Below, piece after piece: positions 62,038 to 64,000 of a stretch of 64,000 nucleotides of DNA. The notes beneath the pieces were generated by a model that made no database searches, was not told where the DNA came from, and worked only from the letters and a program-made list of their open reading frames with translations. Both the position numbers and the translations under genes were made by a program. The first letter of the stretch is position 1; each line of letters begins with the position of its first letter. Source of the DNA: Octopus sinensis (lineage: Eukaryota); contig NC_042998.1 of NCBI RefSeq assembly GCF_006345805.1, positions 11,470,001 through 11,534,000 on the forward strand, given 5' to 3'.

Positions 62038-64000
62038 ATTTTCACATTCTCGTTTAAACTCGGTTGTATAAATATTCGCGGCCTGGGGTCGTATTGGAAG
62101 CAAGGCTACCTCCTTAACGACCTTAGGTCGCATCGTTTGGATGTAGTGGTAATTACCGAATCCAGACTGAGTGGACTGCAGGCTTTTTCGCCCCTTCTAA
62201 ACGGCTATGAGAAATACATTTCTCCCTGTCGACCTGGAGGGGGAGGAGGAGTGGCAGTGCTGGTCAGGAAAAACCTGGATTTAGAGATTAGAACTGTCTT
62301 TATAGATCCGGAAGGCAGGTTGGTCGTTTTGGATGTGACGCACAGCAGTGGTAAAGTGTTCAGGCTGGTCGCTGTCTATGCTCCCTGCGAAGGAAAAGCC
62401 GGGCAGAAAGAGTATTTCAAAAGCCTAGAGAATTTTCTTGGCACGTCGAACACGTTAGTATTGCTAGGTGACTTCAACATAATTTGCGATGCAAGCGTAG
62501 ATTATGTTGGCTCAAGAAAAAATACGAGGGGATTACCTCACCTCAACGATATGCTAAGTCGTTTCGAATTGGCAGATAGATTCAGACTGGACCATCCAGA
62601 CATTCCAGAGTGGACCTGGGCAAGAAACGACGGGTCGTCCAGATCTTATATCGATAGAATCATAACTAGAAGGAAAGATAAGAAAATACTTAGCTGTCCA
62701 CAACACCATATCGTCAGCTACAGCGATCACAAATTAGTGACCTGTACGCTCGACATAGATAGCATGTGTAGACGAGGTACCGGCTACTGGAAGCTAAACA
62801 AGTCACTATTGGACTGTGAAGCCTACAGGAATCGGATTAAACAATTAGTAATGAGGGCGTTAACCGGATCCATTATCAACAATAAATGGTGGTACGCCCT
62901 GAAAAGAGCCATCAAATTTGAGTCAATTAGGTTTAGCAAAGAACTAGCTAGTGCTAGAAACAAGTAGAAAAGGAACTAGTTAAGGCTATAGAGGAGGCAA
63001 TGAGGTCAGGCTGTGCATCGAAAGTGTTAGCGGCGAGGTTAGCACTAGACCAACATCTCCAAGCTAAACATGAAGGGTGCATTATTAGGGCTAAGATCCG
63101 TGCAATGAGACAGGAAGGGATCAACGCAGCCGGATGGGCCCGGGTGGTAGAGGGCCAGCGTGGCAACAACTCAACCATTCGATCCTTGACGGGCCCAAAT
63201 GGTCGATTAGTAAACGAACCCGAGGAGATGTGCAAGGTGTTTCATGATCATTTCGCCCAGCTATTCGGGAGGAGCGGCGAGCTGGAGCGCGGGGAGAAGC
63301 TCGCAGACTTCCTAGCCGGTTCGCCGCGTCTATCGGGGCCGGACGCGGAATCTTGTGAGGCGCCGATCACAGCCAAAGAAGTCGAGGATATGTTGGCAGA
63401 ATGCGGCGGGGACAAATCGCCGGGACTCGATGGTCTGCCTTACGAACTCTATAGTAGCATGCCAGACTTGTTTGGGCACCTACTTGCATGCGTGTACACC
63501 AACTGGCAGCAGAACGGGAGAATTCCTAAGTCTGTGAGCCGAGGGGTGGTAGCGTTGTTAAGAAAAGACCCAAACAAGGGGGATTTAATTGATAATTCCG
63601 GCCTATCACTCTGCTTAACGCAGAGTTGAAGATCTTGGCCAAGGTCTTAGCAAAAAGGTTGGCGAGGGTCGTGTGGGTGAACTTGTTGGCAAGGCGCAAA
63701 CTTGCGCCATCCCTGGAAGGACCATCCACGACAATCTCCACTTTCTACGCTATGCCTTAGAAAGGGTAAATAGGATCCTGGCAAGGGTGGGCCTATGGTC
63801 CACTTGGACCAATCGAAAGCGTTTGATAGGGTGGACCATCAGTATCTGGCGGCGGTCCTCGCGGCGGCTGGCTTCGGCCCGACCTTCCGCGGATGGATCA
63901 TCGCTTTATACAGCAACATCGAATCGGTAGTTCGGGTAAATGGTTCCTTTCGGAGCCGTTCAGCATTGAACGTTCGGTACGTCAAGGGTGTCCTCTCTCC
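62038..64000 (+). pseudogene. Tx1 ORF2 (APE endonuclease plus reverse transcriptase), frameshifted
   Basis: GCINIRGL, LGDFN, SRSYIDRI, SDH, GYWKLNKSLL, KSPGLDGLPYELY, LDQSKAFDRVDH, VRQGCPLS; about four frameshifts (near 62960, 63595, 63670, 63780). Confidence 0.92.

Larger units (their letters stand above)
60226..64000 (+). mobile_element. Tx1-clade (L1-group) non-LTR retrotransposon with its 5' end, continuing beyond the window
   Basis: 5' UTR directly follows (CT)n at 60199-60225; two-ORF layout. Confidence 0.93.

Noticed and set aside
1-64000. CRISPR array, rRNA genes, prokaryotic operons or defence systems
   Set aside because: No regularly spaced direct repeats with unique spacers and no gene-dense segment; the sequence is repeat-rich eukaryotic DNA

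Overview
AT-rich metazoan genomic DNA, inferred to be octopus/coleoid cephalopod from the SINE families and the density of (TA)n/(TG)n/(TATG)n/(TAA)n arrays. I could not support any host protein-coding exon, rRNA, true tRNA or CRISPR array, so the window reads as a large intron or intergenic interval. It is filled with decayed mobile elements. Non-LTR retroelements: a near-complete Tx1-clade LINE running off the right end, a full-length decayed RTE/BovB-like LINE, a stack of R4/Dong-like LINEs, CR1 and RTE 3' ends, and a Penelope-like RT+GIY-YIG relic. DNA elements: Tc1, mariner, maT-like and hAT/Buster relics, MITEs and Helitron-like non-autonomous elements. There are also about 20 tRNA-derived SINE copies from 3-4 families. 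Most ORFs in the supplied track are microsatellite artefacts. The most interesting signals are: (i) short (TA)n-embedded Penelope-terminus-like units carrying minimal type I hammerhead ribozyme folds (retrozyme-like); (ii) microsatellite-associated LINE insertions (Tx1 at (TC)n, R4/Dong at (TAA)n); (iii) a SINE flanked by a 102-bp duplication; and (iv) many long inverted repeats able to form dsRNA or cruciforms. Family names come from recognised motifs without database searches. Element boundaries are approximate unless exact termini are stated.
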